64,000 nt of DNA from Lama glama (Eukaryota). The stretch spans positions 47,680,001 through 47,744,000 of the forward strand of contig CM052818.1 in assembly GCA_028534125.1 (NCBI GenBank), in the 5' to 3' direction. The notes beneath the pieces were generated by a model. It had not been told where the DNA came from. It searched no databases and saw nothing but the letters and a program-made list of their open reading frames with translations. The position numbers and the translations under genes were made by a program. Below are positions 13,473-26,900 of the stretch, in pieces; the stretch's first letter is position 1; each line of letters opens with the position of its first letter.

Positions 13473-14839
13473 TGCAATTTAGCGATGAAGCTTCTTCCAG
13501 TGCTTGGCTCCGGCAAAGTCAGGGTTTATGGCTCCTGGAGAATCAGGCATGCAGCTATCAGTGTTCACAATTTTCTCAGCATCCGAGGGCAGGCAGCCGA
13601 CTGCATTGGTATAAAGAAGATCAGAGCGACACGCAGGTGCTGCAGACTAACCCCCGTGTGCACGTGCTTTTATGTGTCCGAATGGGACATTCGGCAAGGC
13701 GGGAACCAGCCCCCACCCAAGGAATTAGCAATGATGATCTCGAGTCCACAGGACTCGTATTAAGATAGCGCAAGCCTGAGGGGCTGTCAGTGGACTGGCC
13801 TGCCGCCCCAGTGCCCTGGGCTTCTTACGGGGACACCGCACTCCACACTTTGTGTCCAGCCTCAGCTATTCCCCTGTCAGCCCCAGACACCAGTTTTAAG
13901 CACAATGAGAAGCACCTGTTTTAATGGCAAATCATTAACCAATATCTAATGAAGTGAAACCTTTAAACAGGCTGAAGAGAAACAGATGTTTCCAGGACTT
14001 CATGAAAGGGGATTATGCACCAGCGTACAGCAGAAGCCAGCCCCGCCTCGTCACACGTGTCATAAAATGGCCAACTGTCCTGGCTGGGTGTTCGGATAAG
14101 CTCAGTGAGAATGGCCCCCCGTTGGCTTCAGTCGAGTCAGGTGCGTGCTCAGCTAGACATCCCACACTCACAAACACACACCTGTTCCCCCCCACACACA
14201 GTGCCGAGGCTGCCTGTGGGTGACAGGTAACTAAACACACTGCCACGAATAACATTCAAAAAGCCACCAAACCACTGCTGACATCTGCAGCCTGGACACA
14301 TTGAGTGCACTCTGGCCACAGGTTACAGCGAAAAAGGACCAGCCCTGCAGCCAGGCACACCCAGGCGCCCCTCTCATGAGCTGCAGAAACCTGAGCAAAT
14401 GGTCTATCTCCGGTGTCACCCCTTGGGCTCCCGCTCCAAAGCGGGCACCTCTGCCCCGGCCGGCAGTCAGGCAAGCCCGACTCTCTGTGAGCGCACAGCC
14501 CGGCCAGCACCCAGCGCGCTTTTCTCCGGAGCCAGCTCCTGGTACACAAGCTGCCGTCGCGTCGTGGGCGTGTGTCTGCGTGTGTATGCACATGCATTCA
14601 TGCACGTGCACACATGGCTGTCTGTGCAGAATTAAAGCTGCCCAACTCTCTCCTGATGACGCCCCCAGAATTCTAACTTTCTGGTTGGTTCCCATCACCT
14701 TCTATTCTCGTGCTCAATCCTTGTCTCTCGTGATAGAACACCTAAAGGGAAAAACTGGTAACATTTGCAAAATACGCAGGCGTGTGGTCACTCCCTTTTG
14801 TGGTCGTGGATTCTGCAGGACGGAAATCACGATCATCGT

Positions 14840-15010
14840 TTTAGCAATAATATTCGCTGAGTGTTTGCCAGGCGCATTCACGGTTTCAGACATCTTTGCC
14901 TGCCTGGTCTCACTTGACAAACACCAGGGATGAACGCTCGGAAAGGGCGTGACGGGGAAGAGGTGGCCCAGGTCACAGGCGTCCGGCCAGGACTGGAGGC
15001 CCTGACTCGT
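14840..15010 (-). mobile_element. MIR fragment
   Basis: tagcaataatattcgctgagtgtttgccaggcgc ... gtggcccaggtcacag resembles MIR. Confidence 0.45.
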
Positions 15011-15490
15011 TTACAGCATCACTTCCGGCTATGGAAGGACACAGACGTGAGACCACCTCTGTCCTGCAATTGGAAAGCCTGGGAGACTCTACATATGTAT
15101 TTCCCTGGGAAACAACAGGCTTGTCATGGCTTCAGCATCCCCAGCCCCCCTGAAAACCCCACACAGCTCCGTCTTCAGGGAAAACCTCGTTCTGGAGCGT
15201 GGCCCTGCTCTCCCGGCAGCCTCAGCAGAAGCCAGCTTCTCGGCCTCACCCACGAGACAGTGAATCTTGGGACCTAAACTGGATTATTGTATCTACAGAC
15301 ACAGATACTTAGCTTGGAAATTTGAGACCAATATTCTAATGGGCAGAGGGACACATTTTGGCCTCAGTGCACCTTTCTCTCTCCAGGAACAGCACAGAAT
15401 CAGTTTGGCTCCAGAACTGACCTGGTAAAAATGGAGACAGTCAGTTCTGCTCTTTTCGTTGATATTAATCTCCTCCTCCCTCTCTTGTTC

Positions 15491-15497
15491 TGCATGC

Positions 15498-15530
<33 letters not shown>
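15491..15530. repeat. (CG)n(CA)n alternating purine-pyrimidine microsatellite
   Basis: tgcatgcgcgtgcgcgcgcgcacacacacacacacacaca, 40 bp of perfect alternation. Confidence 0.95.
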
Positions 15531-16389
15531 GCCAGGCCTTTCTGGAACAAAGGACAAAAGAAGCCAGGATTTCACGGCCTCTGGGGAAACCTCCAGGGCC
15601 TCGGCATCCTCGCTGACCTCTCACTCACGTTGTTATCTAATTAGCATCTCACGGCGACTCTGAGGGGACCCGGGAAGTAGGGACACCACATCCGTCAGGT
15701 GGAGAAGCGTGCTCAGAGAGGAGGTGAGCTGCTCTGGATTTGCACTGAAACTAGAAGCGTGCCTTGACCCCCAGCCCCATTCTTTTATCCTAAAATGCTT
15801 CGCCATCATTCTGGGTCACAAACAGCGGCCGCAGCGGGGAAGTCAGTACAGCAGTGACACCAGGCGAAGCCGTCGTGCTGAAGCCACACTCATGGCAGAA
15901 GCAGCAGCACCAGTGGAGTGGCGAAAGCAGCGATGACAGGGGGGCGTTAGGAGCAATGGCAGCGGCTTAAGGACCAGCAGCAGTGAGGGTGACGGCGGTG
16001 ACGCAGGACGAGCAGCGTTAACGGGAGCATCCGCAGTGGAAGCGTTTACACAGACCACTTCCAAAGGAGCAGAGACACCAGTAGAAAATGTGTGCCACCC
16101 GTCGCACCTTCATTATTAAAACCACCCATTACACTTGGTAACAGAGTGAAATTCTAAGCGTCATGGCAGCAGCGGTGGAAACCACACGGTCTCCTGGCAT
16201 CTCCTCTGGCAGTATTCCTAAACGTTGTCCGGAGGCGACAGTTTATGAATCATCATCCCGCTTTCCAGACAAGGGCCATTCGGCTAAATAAAGTAACTCG
16301 ACCAAGGCCAAGCTCCTAACAGGTAATAGAGCCAGGAGTTGAGCTCAACTCAGAACAAACCTAAGGTTTATGCTCCAAATACCCTGGAA

Positions 16390-17300
16390 GCCACATTCAT
16401 AAAGCAAGAACTGAAGACAGGACAAATAGAAGTACACCAGTGGCAGGATTTTAATTCACTTCCCTTGCGATGTAAAAGGTAAAAACAGACAAAAGACGTC
16501 ACAGTAGGGACGTCTTAAATGAAATATTAATGAGGTGAGGTTAACCGATGCACGTCTGCCTATGTGCCAGGGAAACAGAAGGTATGCATTGTCAAGTGTC
16601 CCTGTAACCGCCCTTCAAAATGGACCTTTCATGAGGCCACAAGAAAAACCTCAACAAATTCTAAATGAGTAGAAATGCTACATACCATGACAAAAAAAAA
16701 AAAACTTAGAAATTAAAAAAACAAAGTTAGAAAATATAGCAAATCCTAAAAGCCTCTCATAAGGAAATTTTAAAACCTTCCATTTAACAACACTGTGGTC
16801 AAAGAGAAAATCCAGACCTCAAAGCTGAAAATGTCTGGACATAAGGGCAACGAGAACACGAGATGTCAGAACCCGCAGAACACGGCCGACAGGTGCGCAG
16901 AGGGGGTCTCGGCTGTGCACACCTGTGTCCCTTAGCAAGTATAAATGGAAATGCATTACTTAATTATTTAACTCAAGAAATAAGAAAAAAACAAGAAAAA
17001 TAAAATTAAAGGAGGCACAACAAAAGAACTAATAAAGGCAGAAATTATTTACTTAGAAACAAGAATAGCAGAGTTCATGAATAACTCCAAGAGTTGGTTT
17101 CTAAACATTAAAGAGTAATGATAACAAAAAAAGGGATGAACTATTCATAATAAGAACCATAGAGGTGGGGGAAGGTGAAAAAAGATACAGCATGCTTTGC
17201 TGGACTTCATGCAAATCAACGTGAAGCCCCGAGAGAGCACGTGTATTACCCGGCTGACTCCCGTGGAAAGAAAACTTCTAAATACGCCAATTAACCCGGA
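16390..17300 (+). mobile_element. Ancient L1 ORF2 (endonuclease-region) relic
   Basis: A-rich strand with L1 ORF2-like tracts (ggccacaagaaaaacctcaacaaattct; actcaagaaataagaaaaaaacaag; ccaagagttggtttct). No intact frame. Confidence 0.55.
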
Positions 17301-17407
17301 CAGAATGAGCCTCCCTGTAAAAGAGCCCCGCGCCCAGCACATTCCCCGGTGAGGCCGCTGGGGACGAGCGAGGCTGAGTGACACCCGGAGAGACTGAGAG
17401 CAGGGCC

Positions 17408-17907
17408 NNNNNNNNNNNNNNNNNNNNNNNNNNNNNNNNNNNNNNNNNNNNNNNNNNNNNNNNNNNNNNNNNNNNNNNNNNNNNNNNNNNNNNNNNNNNN
17501 NNNNNNNNNNNNNNNNNNNNNNNNNNNNNNNNNNNNNNNNNNNNNNNNNNNNNNNNNNNNNNNNNNNNNNNNNNNNNNNNNNNNNNNNNNNNNNNNNNNN
17601 NNNNNNNNNNNNNNNNNNNNNNNNNNNNNNNNNNNNNNNNNNNNNNNNNNNNNNNNNNNNNNNNNNNNNNNNNNNNNNNNNNNNNNNNNNNNNNNNNNNN
17701 NNNNNNNNNNNNNNNNNNNNNNNNNNNNNNNNNNNNNNNNNNNNNNNNNNNNNNNNNNNNNNNNNNNNNNNNNNNNNNNNNNNNNNNNNNNNNNNNNNNN
17801 NNNNNNNNNNNNNNNNNNNNNNNNNNNNNNNNNNNNNNNNNNNNNNNNNNNNNNNNNNNNNNNNNNNNNNNNNNNNNNNNNNNNNNNNNNNNNNNNNNNN
17901 NNNNNNN
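17408..17907. other. Assembly gap, exactly 500 N
   Basis: Run of N counted from 17408 to 17907. Confidence 0.99.
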
Positions 17908-20900
17908 CCAGAAACTCTCCCAGCCTTAACGTGACCACCCTGATATGTGGCGTGATGGGACGTTCCGTGCTGGAGCCGGCTAAGGGTGACCTCACCACAG
18001 TCAGTCCTCTGGCCAGAGGAGAGGGCTCACCTCTAAGCCAGCAGAGACACAGAGGAAGAACGGTGCAGAGCCCTCGTCCCTCCTCCGGCCCCTCGCACAC
18101 AGCGCCACGCGCTCCAGCACCCGTGTGCGCGAACCTTCCTCTTTCTTTGTTGAACTGACTCCCCACCTGAATTGTCTGCAATCAATGTGTCTTCACTTGG
18201 GGCCATCGCGTCCTCCCTACCACGGAGGCAGGGTCTTTCGCGGCCTCTCTTCGTTGAGATCGAAAGCGCCCTTGCTAACCTCTTCTTGCCCAGTTCCCCG
18301 CATCATTACAGGAACAGACCTGTGACCAGGCGTGCCCTTCACCTTCCATCCCCTTTGCAACGCGACTTCACGGCCACTCGCATCAAGAGGCAGAAGATAT
18401 TTCCCTCCTTCTTAACTCTGGGACATTCTTGAGATTTGTTTTGGCATTAAAAAACAAAACAAACAAACAAACAAAACACCACCACCAAAAAAACACAACA
18501 GAATGAAAATGAAATTGTTCCACGCCAGACCTCCAGAGACACGCCTGCTTCTGCTCTTTGCTCAGCCTCAGGCTGGCCTGAGGACAACGCCCGCCAAACC
18601 TTCCAGCAACAAGAGGCCATGCAAAGCACAGCCACGTCAGACCGGTTGTCCCCACCAAGGCCCAGAACACACGAGGGGGCCTGGCTTCCGTCAGCAGGGC
18701 TGACCCTCCCCGTGACCGCCAGACTCCTGGGCAATAATAAATGCTTGCTGTTTTTAACCCTGGATTTGGGGATGATCAGCTAATTATCAGTAGCTAATTG
18801 GTGCGCCGTCTCTTGCCTTTTTTAATCCGTTACAGGGTGAAATGGGGAAATGCGTGTCATGTAGTTTGTATTTGATGGGCGATCCCATACTCGCCTCTGA
18901 AAGTCTAGAAACAGTTCTCATCGTTCTGTCGGGTAGTTGATGAACAGCTGTGGTGCCCGTACCAGAAGCAAGTGTGAGACGGAATCCCAGGCCTCAGCCT
19001 CTGGCCTGAATCATGGAGCCCCAAGAGCAGGCGTGCTCACCAACCGACCGAGTCCGCAGCGAGAGCCCTCCAGCCGGCTGCGAGGTGACGGAATTCCACC
19101 CTGGCCCACGGGGTGCGTGCAGGTCAGGACAGGAGATAAGCAGCTGTCGGGGGAGGACTTTGTGAGATCATTTTTTGCTTATCTGGGAAGAAAAAGCCAC
19201 CACTAACCCCACCTCGCCGTGGGGCTTGGCTCCTGCTCTTTCCCCCCGAATATGACTCATTACTCTCTAAATAATGCACGTGTCCCAGGGACAACAGAAC
19301 ACTCATAAATATGCCACTGAAGCCTGGTGGGAAGGTTACACTCCCCTCAGGGCTCTGAGCTGACACTGGAAGCCAGACTCCAACTTGAGACACAGAACCA
19401 TGCAGAAAAGTATTTCCATAGGCGAGCTCGGTATGAGCTGCTGGAGTGCCATGTCCTGCTTTTGCCTGGGTGTTGGGGATTAATCTGGCCCTGATAATGA
19501 AACTCAAGTTTGAAATGCTAGCGGCCTCATTTCTGTGACCAGCTCACAGGAAGGTCAGGGGTGAACGGAAGAGCGCTGGCTCCTCAGGCCCCCGTCTTAG
19601 GAGAGCCCAGGTCATCAAAACATTATTTTGTTTGTCTTTTGGTTCCATAGCTTCCACCCACCCTTTTAGAAATCATTTGGTGCCCACGAGCTAGACACTA
19701 GGAAAAACAAAGTGCAGACTCAGGCCCCGTGTCCTCCGTACAGACACATCAATCGGCCACTGCAATTCATCTCCAGCACCAGCTCGGCAATTTGACCAAA
19801 TGCTAGAGGGGCCGAGGAGGAAGGAGGGGCACAGAAGCTGGTCGGGGATACTGGGGTGGGATGGAGGCTGAGCTGACAGGAAGGTCTTCATATAGGGTGG
19901 GACATCTTAGCAGGGCATCTTGGAAAAGGCTGAGGCTTCTTCCAGGTGAGAAGAGAGAGCAGAAAATTCCAGGCATCTCTGGTGTGGTCTGGGAAAGAGT
20001 GGAATGCAGTGCAGCTGTGGTCTGGGAGCGTGAGCTGGAAAATGCAGAGCTAAGTCTGTAATAGGAATTTCGAGGCCCAGAAAACACATTGACTGCTTCA
20101 TTGTTGGTTTATTCTGGCCGAAGTCTTTGCACGAGGGAGATTAGAGAGGGCATCACAGTATTTGTCTGGCTGAATCCTTTGGAATTTGGGTGGGAACGAC
20201 AGAAACAGCCAGCACCATGGGGTACCACGTGCTTCAAGCATGGCCACGTGTCGTACAGACACACTCTCCCACTGGGACCTCACCCACCTTCCTTTGTCGA
20301 GCTCCTCTCAGCTGTGGCCACCTCTCTGGGAGAGCAGAATGCCAGCGTAAGCCAACCGGAGGCCTTAAATCAATTCAGGTCCTCCCAGTTGTCTCAGGGT
20401 CAGCCCTTCACCCTTTGGTGTGCTCTGAGCTCCCCGGGGACAGAGCCCCGGGCGGGAAGGCCCTGGGGTCTCAGCTGTCAGCCTGCTCCTCATTATAGTG
20501 TCCTGGGACTTCCGTCCAAGCTCGTGATCTCTGGCACTGGTGGACGTATCTGCCCCTCTCCCCGGTCCCTAGTCTCCTGACTGCACTGGCCACTGTGTAT
20601 CTTCATCAAAAGTCTCCTCTGAAACTTGAAAACTGATACTTGGCTCTTGTTTCCCTCTGCATGTTCGGTGTAATAACTCTACCTGGAAATCTGAGCATTG
20701 ACACCGCCTCTCCCTGGCCGCCTGACTTAGGGGGTGTTGGGCTGTTGGGTGGTGCGGGAAGGATGGGGCAGAGAGAAACACTGACCATTAGACCCTCCGG
20801 TTAATAATTTACAGTATTATCCTGGTACATTCAGAACAACCTCCTCACACGCCCCTCATCTCATCTCTTCACCCACTTTACAACTCTCATTTTAAGTTCT

Positions 20901-21639
20901 TTAAATGCACCTCTAAGGCTACCCACCCAGTAAAAGGAAGGCAGAGGACGAGGAGCATGCTTATGGCACCATGGGGATGCAGTCAGTGAAGGCAGAGCAT
21001 GGAGCTCTCTGTAGGAAACACGTACTATTTCTCCAACAGAAATAAGGCAAGGGACAATTAGAGGAGACAGAAAAATACAGAGTCGTAGGCACCAGGCTGG
21101 TGGGGGCTCCGAGGGTCAGATGCCGCAGTGCCAGGCGGGGAATGTGAGGGAATCTCAGCAGGCGGAGGCTCCCCGGAACCAAGACCCTGAGGTAAAGTTG
21201 CCCGAGTGCCATGCCGGGGAAGCAGGCTGACAGAGAGCCTGTCCCACACAGGTGCATCGTGGCCCTGAGTGCAACATGCTCCCGACAGCAATGGACGCAG
21301 AACCGAGATCAGCAGACAAGGAAGGGCCTGAAAGATTTCACCGAAGTAGGTATCGAGACGAGGGGCCCACAGCCAGGTGGGAAAAACTGATGGCCCCAAG
21401 GACAGGAAACAAGGTATGAGATGGCAATTCCCTAACAGGGGGTGGAGGTCGGGAGGTGCCCTGGGAAATGCTGCTGAGAGGATATTGAAGATAAAAGTGG
21501 AATTGGATTCAGAACTCGAATGATGTAGAAGAGACTTAGAGCCAAGACACCCTTAGGTGGACAATAGTGGGGTGGGTTGAGAGGGACAGCGGGCAGGTGG
21601 TGAAACCACAGAATGAGGGGTGAATCTGTACGTGGTTGT

Positions 21640-22002
21640 TGTATTGGTCAGCGAGAGCTACCGTAACAAAAGCACCCCTGGTGCAGGGGAAAGTCATGTC
21701 TCACAGCCCTGGAGGCTGGAAGTCCAAGACCGAGGTGTCAGCAGGGTTGGTTTCTCCGAAGGCCTCTGCCCTTGGCTTGTAGACAGCCACCGTCCACCCC
21801 TCTGTGTCCGCCTCTGTCCTGCTCTCCTCTTCTTCTTATTCCTGGGCCATCAGCCAGGTTAGAGGAGGGCCCCTCCCAGCAGGCTCATTCTCACCCAGTC
21901 ATTTCTCTACAGGCCCTGCCTCCAAACACAGTCATGTTCTGAGGTATTGGAGGTTAGGGTTTCAAAATAGGACTTTTAGGGAACACAATTCAGTCCATAA
22001 TA
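21640..22002 (-). mobile_element. MaLR solo LTR (MLT1A-like)
   Basis: ctcacagccctggaggctggaagtccaagaccgaggtgtcagcagggttggtttct ... ccaaacacagtcatgttctgaggtattggaggttagg ... acacaattcagtccataa. Confidence 0.8.
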
Positions 22003-23174
22003 GTCAGGATCTGGGAAAGGAGGAGATTTCCTGAGACACTGAGGAAAGTGCAGAATTGCTTGAGAAGCTGGTGGTGGATGCAAGGAGGAAGGAGGAGGGG
22101 ACGAAGGACACAATCACAAAGTGTGCGGGACGGGGTGACATGAAGGAGGCCCAGCCTGGCGTGGAGATGCCCTCCAAGAAGCACCAGCAGCGAGCACGGA
22201 GCAGGGGGTGCAGTGAGAGCGGAACAGCCACCACAGGACTCCACGAACCACTCCACTGGTTAGTGACATTGATCTCGGGATTACTGGAAATCAGAATTGG
22301 AATTTTTAGGCTGGAAAGTGAAGACCCAATAAATGGTGCCCACTAGGGGATGAGAATCACCTGTGTAGAGATTCAAACAGGAATGGGTGTTGGCTTTGTT
22401 GAGAGTCATAGCCCTGTGGATGGTATGACAGAAGCACGCTTGGGAGATACTTAGAGGGTAGACTAGATGCGAGGATGATGGGGAGGGTAGTGTCAAGGGT
22501 GGCTTTGGGAAAGAACGATGGAGTGGATGGTGCTGCCTTTTTGAGTTCGGGAACTATGGAGAAAGAGTAGGCTAAAGGTGAGAAAATGACTTCAAAACGT
22601 GATTTGAGAAAGGCGTAACTTGAAGAACCTTTAAGATCAAGTCAAGAGGAGATGCTAACCATGAGTCATTTAGTACATGACACTGCAGGTCAGAGAAGAG
22701 GTCTGGGCTGAGAAGGGACAGGGGGCATCGTCAGGAGAGAAAGCTGAGTGAGAAGGGCCACAGGGCTCGGCCGTGAGGAGCTCCATCGTGTATCTTGTAA
22801 AAAGCTGGGAAAAGGAGGAAGAGCGTGACAGGAAGCTGAGAAAATGTGGGAAGGAAACTGGGAGAGCGAGAGACGCAGGAACACGAAGGGAGAAAGGAGG
22901 TGTCAGGAGGGAGCGTGAGCCTTGGCAGAGCTGACGAGAGGCCACGCAGGAAGCGCAAGCACTGGTGTGTGCGGAGTGGGTGGCAGAGAAGTCACTGGAC
23001 ATGGCAGCACGGGCTGTTCAGGCGGAGCAGTAGGTGCTGAAGCTGGTAAGGAGAGGAGGCGGACGTCCGCTGTGTCACTTGGGAAAAGTGGTTCAAATGC
23101 AAAACTTTAGGCCCTGTCACCTGGAGGATGTGGCAACAGATGAGATCTGATCATTGTTTCACAAATTCCTCTCT

Positions 23175-23755
23175 GCGTGGCAGGAAGACCCTAGCGCAGC
23201 GCCTGTGCTCGCACCCTGTGTAACTCCCTCAGCTTGAGTAGGGCAAGACTTGCAACTTGTTTCTAATCAAGGCAAAGATGTCACTACTGTGGTTAATCCA
23301 CACACACACAAACACACATGTGTACATATATGTAGATACATGCACTTACTCATACAAAGGCATATATACGCATACATGTACGTCCGTCTCGTGAGTGTAC
23401 ACTGGAGAGATTTTCTTAGCTGACTTGAAGTAGGCAGTCATGTCGAGGAAACCCATATGGTTAGGAATTGCAGGCAACCTCTAGGATCTGAGGAGGGTCA
23501 GCTGACAACAACAGGCACCCAGAAGAGAATGAACCCTGCTGAGACTGTAAATGAGAACAGGAGCGGCTCTTCCCCAGTCAAGGCTTCAGATGAGAACACA
23601 GCCCAGATGACACCTTTCTGGCCTTGTGAGGCTCTGAGCAGTGAACCCAGTCAAGCTTCCCACAATACACACACATAAAAACTGTCAGATAATCAAGATG
23701 TTTTAAGCTATTAAGTTTTTGCTAATTTGTTACCAGCTATAGAAAATTAATGCAA
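23175..23755 (+). mobile_element. MaLR LTR (MLT1E/F-like) with an internal (CA/TA)n tract
   Basis: cttccccagtcaaggcttcagatgagaacacagccc ... gttttaagctattaagtttttgctaatttgttaccagctatagaaaattaatgca is a typical MLT1 3' end. Confidence 0.7.
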
Positions 23756-23769
23756 TGTACTCACCAGTC

Positions 23770-23900
23770 ACCTAGGGATCTTCCTAAAATCCAAATTCTA
23801 ACTCAGTAGATCTGAGGTGGGGCCTGAGAGCCTGCATTCCTAACTGATTCCCAGGCAGTGTTAATGCTTCTGGTCTAAAACCACATTTTCAGTTTAAAGG
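23770..23900. mobile_element. MER5A-like hAT DNA transposon fragment
   Basis: aattctaactcagtagatctgaggtggggcctgagagcctgcattcctaac...cccagg...tggtctaaaaccacattt. Confidence 0.65.
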
Positions 23901-26900
23901 AGGTAGATGCCTGCTGAGATTCCTTCCAAGTCTAGGAAGACACCAGCTGGAGAAGAAAATCACGCGGGGATCAAAGAAAAGAAGTTATCGCCGTTTGCAA
24001 ATATCTAAACTGACTTTTACGATTTCACCAAAAGCTGAAAAAGTATGCTGAGCAAGTTTAAATGCACATGGAAGTATTCCACCGAAGTTATGTTCAAGAA
24101 ATACTTACAGCTCTGCAGGAGAAATGGAAAGACTAATGATGAAGTAAATGTTGGAAAGAGAAATTGCAGCGAACTGCTAGCTCTGACTAAATGCTACACG
24201 TGCAATGGCGTGTGTGGGGTCCCTGTGCAGAGTTACCCTGTTTTTCACACAAGCCAGGCATTATGGGGAAAGAGGAGGCTCTTCCCTCCTTCCCTTCCAC
24301 TCCAGGCTCCCGACTGGTAGCTGCCCTGGGGTAGGCAAAGCCCGCGTCTCCTCATGTCACCAGCAGCCTCACCCACGAGTCTCCCAGTCTGGCCAAGCCT
24401 AGGGTCCCCGTCCACCTCTTCCCCTGCTCCTCCCTGTTCACGCCCACCTGCCCCCCACCCCCACCCAGCTAGGCTCTGTCCCTCAGGTCTGCTTCTGGGG
24501 CTCTGCTCACACAGGGGGTATGAAGAGGCACCCCTCCCTCCCCGTCTGTGCTCTGAGAACCCCTGTTTTCTCTGCCCAACCCCGTATCCCATCTCCTCCA
24601 GAAGCCTGCTCCGCCCTTCTGTGAGGGGTGCTCCCCTCTCTGCCCCTGGATGGGGTTTGGGCAGGTGCAACCCGCACATCTCTGCACCCACAGGGGCCGT
24701 GGTGCCCGCTGCACGCATTTTGGTCTGTGTGCAACATTCAGGAGCTGAGGGGGGAGGGGGAGACCGGCTGAGAAGGGGCCATGGGCCAGTCTGCCTCCCT
24801 GGGCTCAGGAGATCAGGAGAACTGGCGATCTCTGAGGGGCCCTTCCAGCCCTGGGATTCTGGTGACTCCTCCCTGGGGAGCTTCCTTAGGGATCAACGTG
24901 TCTCTGAAATGTCGGTATTTGGGGTCTCAAGGCTTCCTCCCTCCAATGCGGTCCAAGGAGACGGCCAAGACTCTGTCAGGCCTTCAAAGGAAAGACCATC
25001 TGCGTTCCCTGACATCTCCGCCACACCGGAGCACTCCCGTTGCCAGGACACGTCTCAGAATTTTAACAGCATAAATAAGAAGCGGTGTGGGGGTCAAAAC
25101 TTAATTCTTGAGAAATTAAAAATCCAAAAAAGTTAGAAAGGATAAGGTAACAAACACCCACGCACTTTAAAGCTAAATCCAAAAAAAAAAAAAGCAGCTG
25201 AACCCTATATAGCTCAGTTGTTTGGTGTGTGAAATACGCGTTACAGGTAAGGCTGAGACGTCTCTGATGGCCATTCCCAGCGCCGGCGTCCCCTCCCTCC
25301 CCTCGCCCTGCCCCCCTCGCTTTTCTAGGAAGTAACTGACCTCGTGGATCTGTTGGGCTCTGTCTCCGTTTGCAACCCTTTTACCAAATATATTGCAATA
25401 AACTATGCAGAGTGGTTTGTACAGTAAAAATAAATTGAAGACGGCCTGATGCTTTTAATTGTACCAAAAAAGAGATTCATATTTCCATCGCAGGGTTTGG
25501 GAATAAATAAGTAATGGGTACACAGAAAACAAACCAAGCCGAAACCTGAGGCAACTATCAAGTGCAGGGAAAACGAGAGGCTGCACAAGAAAGGAGACGT
25601 GGTTACAATCCATCACTCAGCTGTGGGCAGTGCGGGCAAAGGAGGAATAACGCAGACACTGAACTCTGATGCGAGGAACATGAGGAGACGGTGGAAGGAA
25701 AATCTGTGTGTGTGTGAGTGTGTGCGTGTGTGAGTGAGGGGCTACACGAGAGAGGACTCTCAGCCCCCACAGCAGAAAGTCAGTGGATAATTTCTTAATC
25801 TGCAGGCTCTTCTGAAATGTAAGTAAAAGCTATTTCGCATGGTTTATGGTAAACGGGGGGGGGAGGGGAAGAAAGGAGAGAATTATTTTCTGTGGAACGT
25901 TGGGGAAAAGAGCACGGAGGTGCAGGGAGGGCTGGGGACACCATCAGCTGCCTCGCCCGCCTCCCTCCCCGCCTCCGCCCTCTGTCCTGCCCCACGTGAC
26001 CCACCATCGCCGCAGGTCCTTCATCCACAGGTCCCCCCTCACTCCTGCCCGGGAATGTGGATCTACGTGTGTGCCTCTCCGGGCGTGAGGAGGAAGCCTA
26101 GAAAAGGAGGAAGGGTCCAGTGGGGAGAGGGTTTGAGCTTTAATCACACAGGTCCTGGAGGGTCTTCAATGGTTTTTAGCAGAAGCATCACAAGAGGGAA
26201 AAGATGACATTCCAAGGACAGTGTCATGACTGGAGCAGAGGAGTGGGAGCAGAAAAGAGCCAGAGACTGAAGGGGGCCGGCCCAGCCGGAGGGGAGGGAG
26301 GGACTGACCTGTGACATCAGGACAGACAGTCTTCAAAGCAACATATAGATTCCAAAGGGCAACCTAAGTGGAAAAGCGGAGATGGCTGTATGTTGCCCCA
26401 GGACCATTTTGCTCAGCACTCCCAGCCGGCATTTCCAGAACCCCTTGCCCTGGAGGCTCGCCCCCTAGGCTTGTGTCCGCCTCGCCCCGCCCCGGGGCCG
26501 CCCCACAGCTGCACCCCTGCAGGTATGTTTTCTGCAGGTGCATTTGCTCACATGTCGTAAAACAGAGGTTGGCTTTGTTGTAACTTTCCCTCTTTTGTGT
26601 CTGTCCCCATTGTCTGCTCTCCTAATTGGCGTTCACAGTAACTCCCAGCTTAGCATCATCTGCAGCTTTCATTAACATGCTGATTCAGCTTTGTCATTAA
26701 TAAAAACGTTTAATTATTATCTAACGTTCATTGTGCACCAACGACTAAGTTAGGACTTGTGCAGAATAGAGAAGGAGATTCCACTCGGACTGCGGTCTTC
26801 TTCTCTTGTCCCCAAAAACCTCTCAAGTAGCTGCGTGTGGATCACAGGCAACCGGTTACAGGATGCTGGGTCCCTGGCAGAGCCAGCAAACTAAACCCCC

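Noticed and set aside
13259..13768. Poly-Trp/Arg (plus) and poly-Pro (minus) ORFs
   Set aside because: Produced by the GGT/GGC repeat; the flanking residues resemble no protein I recognise.
15840..16070. GCA/GTG/GAC-rich stretch resembling coding sequence
   Set aside because: Looks like a decayed trinucleotide low-complexity tract; no splice-bounded recognisable peptide.
17291..18181. 296-aa and 183-aa ORFs containing X runs
   Set aside because: Artefacts of reading through the 500-N gap.
24354..25136. 260-aa ORF, and other 150-240 aa ORFs at 14301, 37350, 41683, 50518, 58917 and 60624
   Set aside because: Pro/Gly/Arg/Ser-rich, overlapping in several frames and with no recognisable domain; expected by chance in GC-rich, stop-poor DNA.
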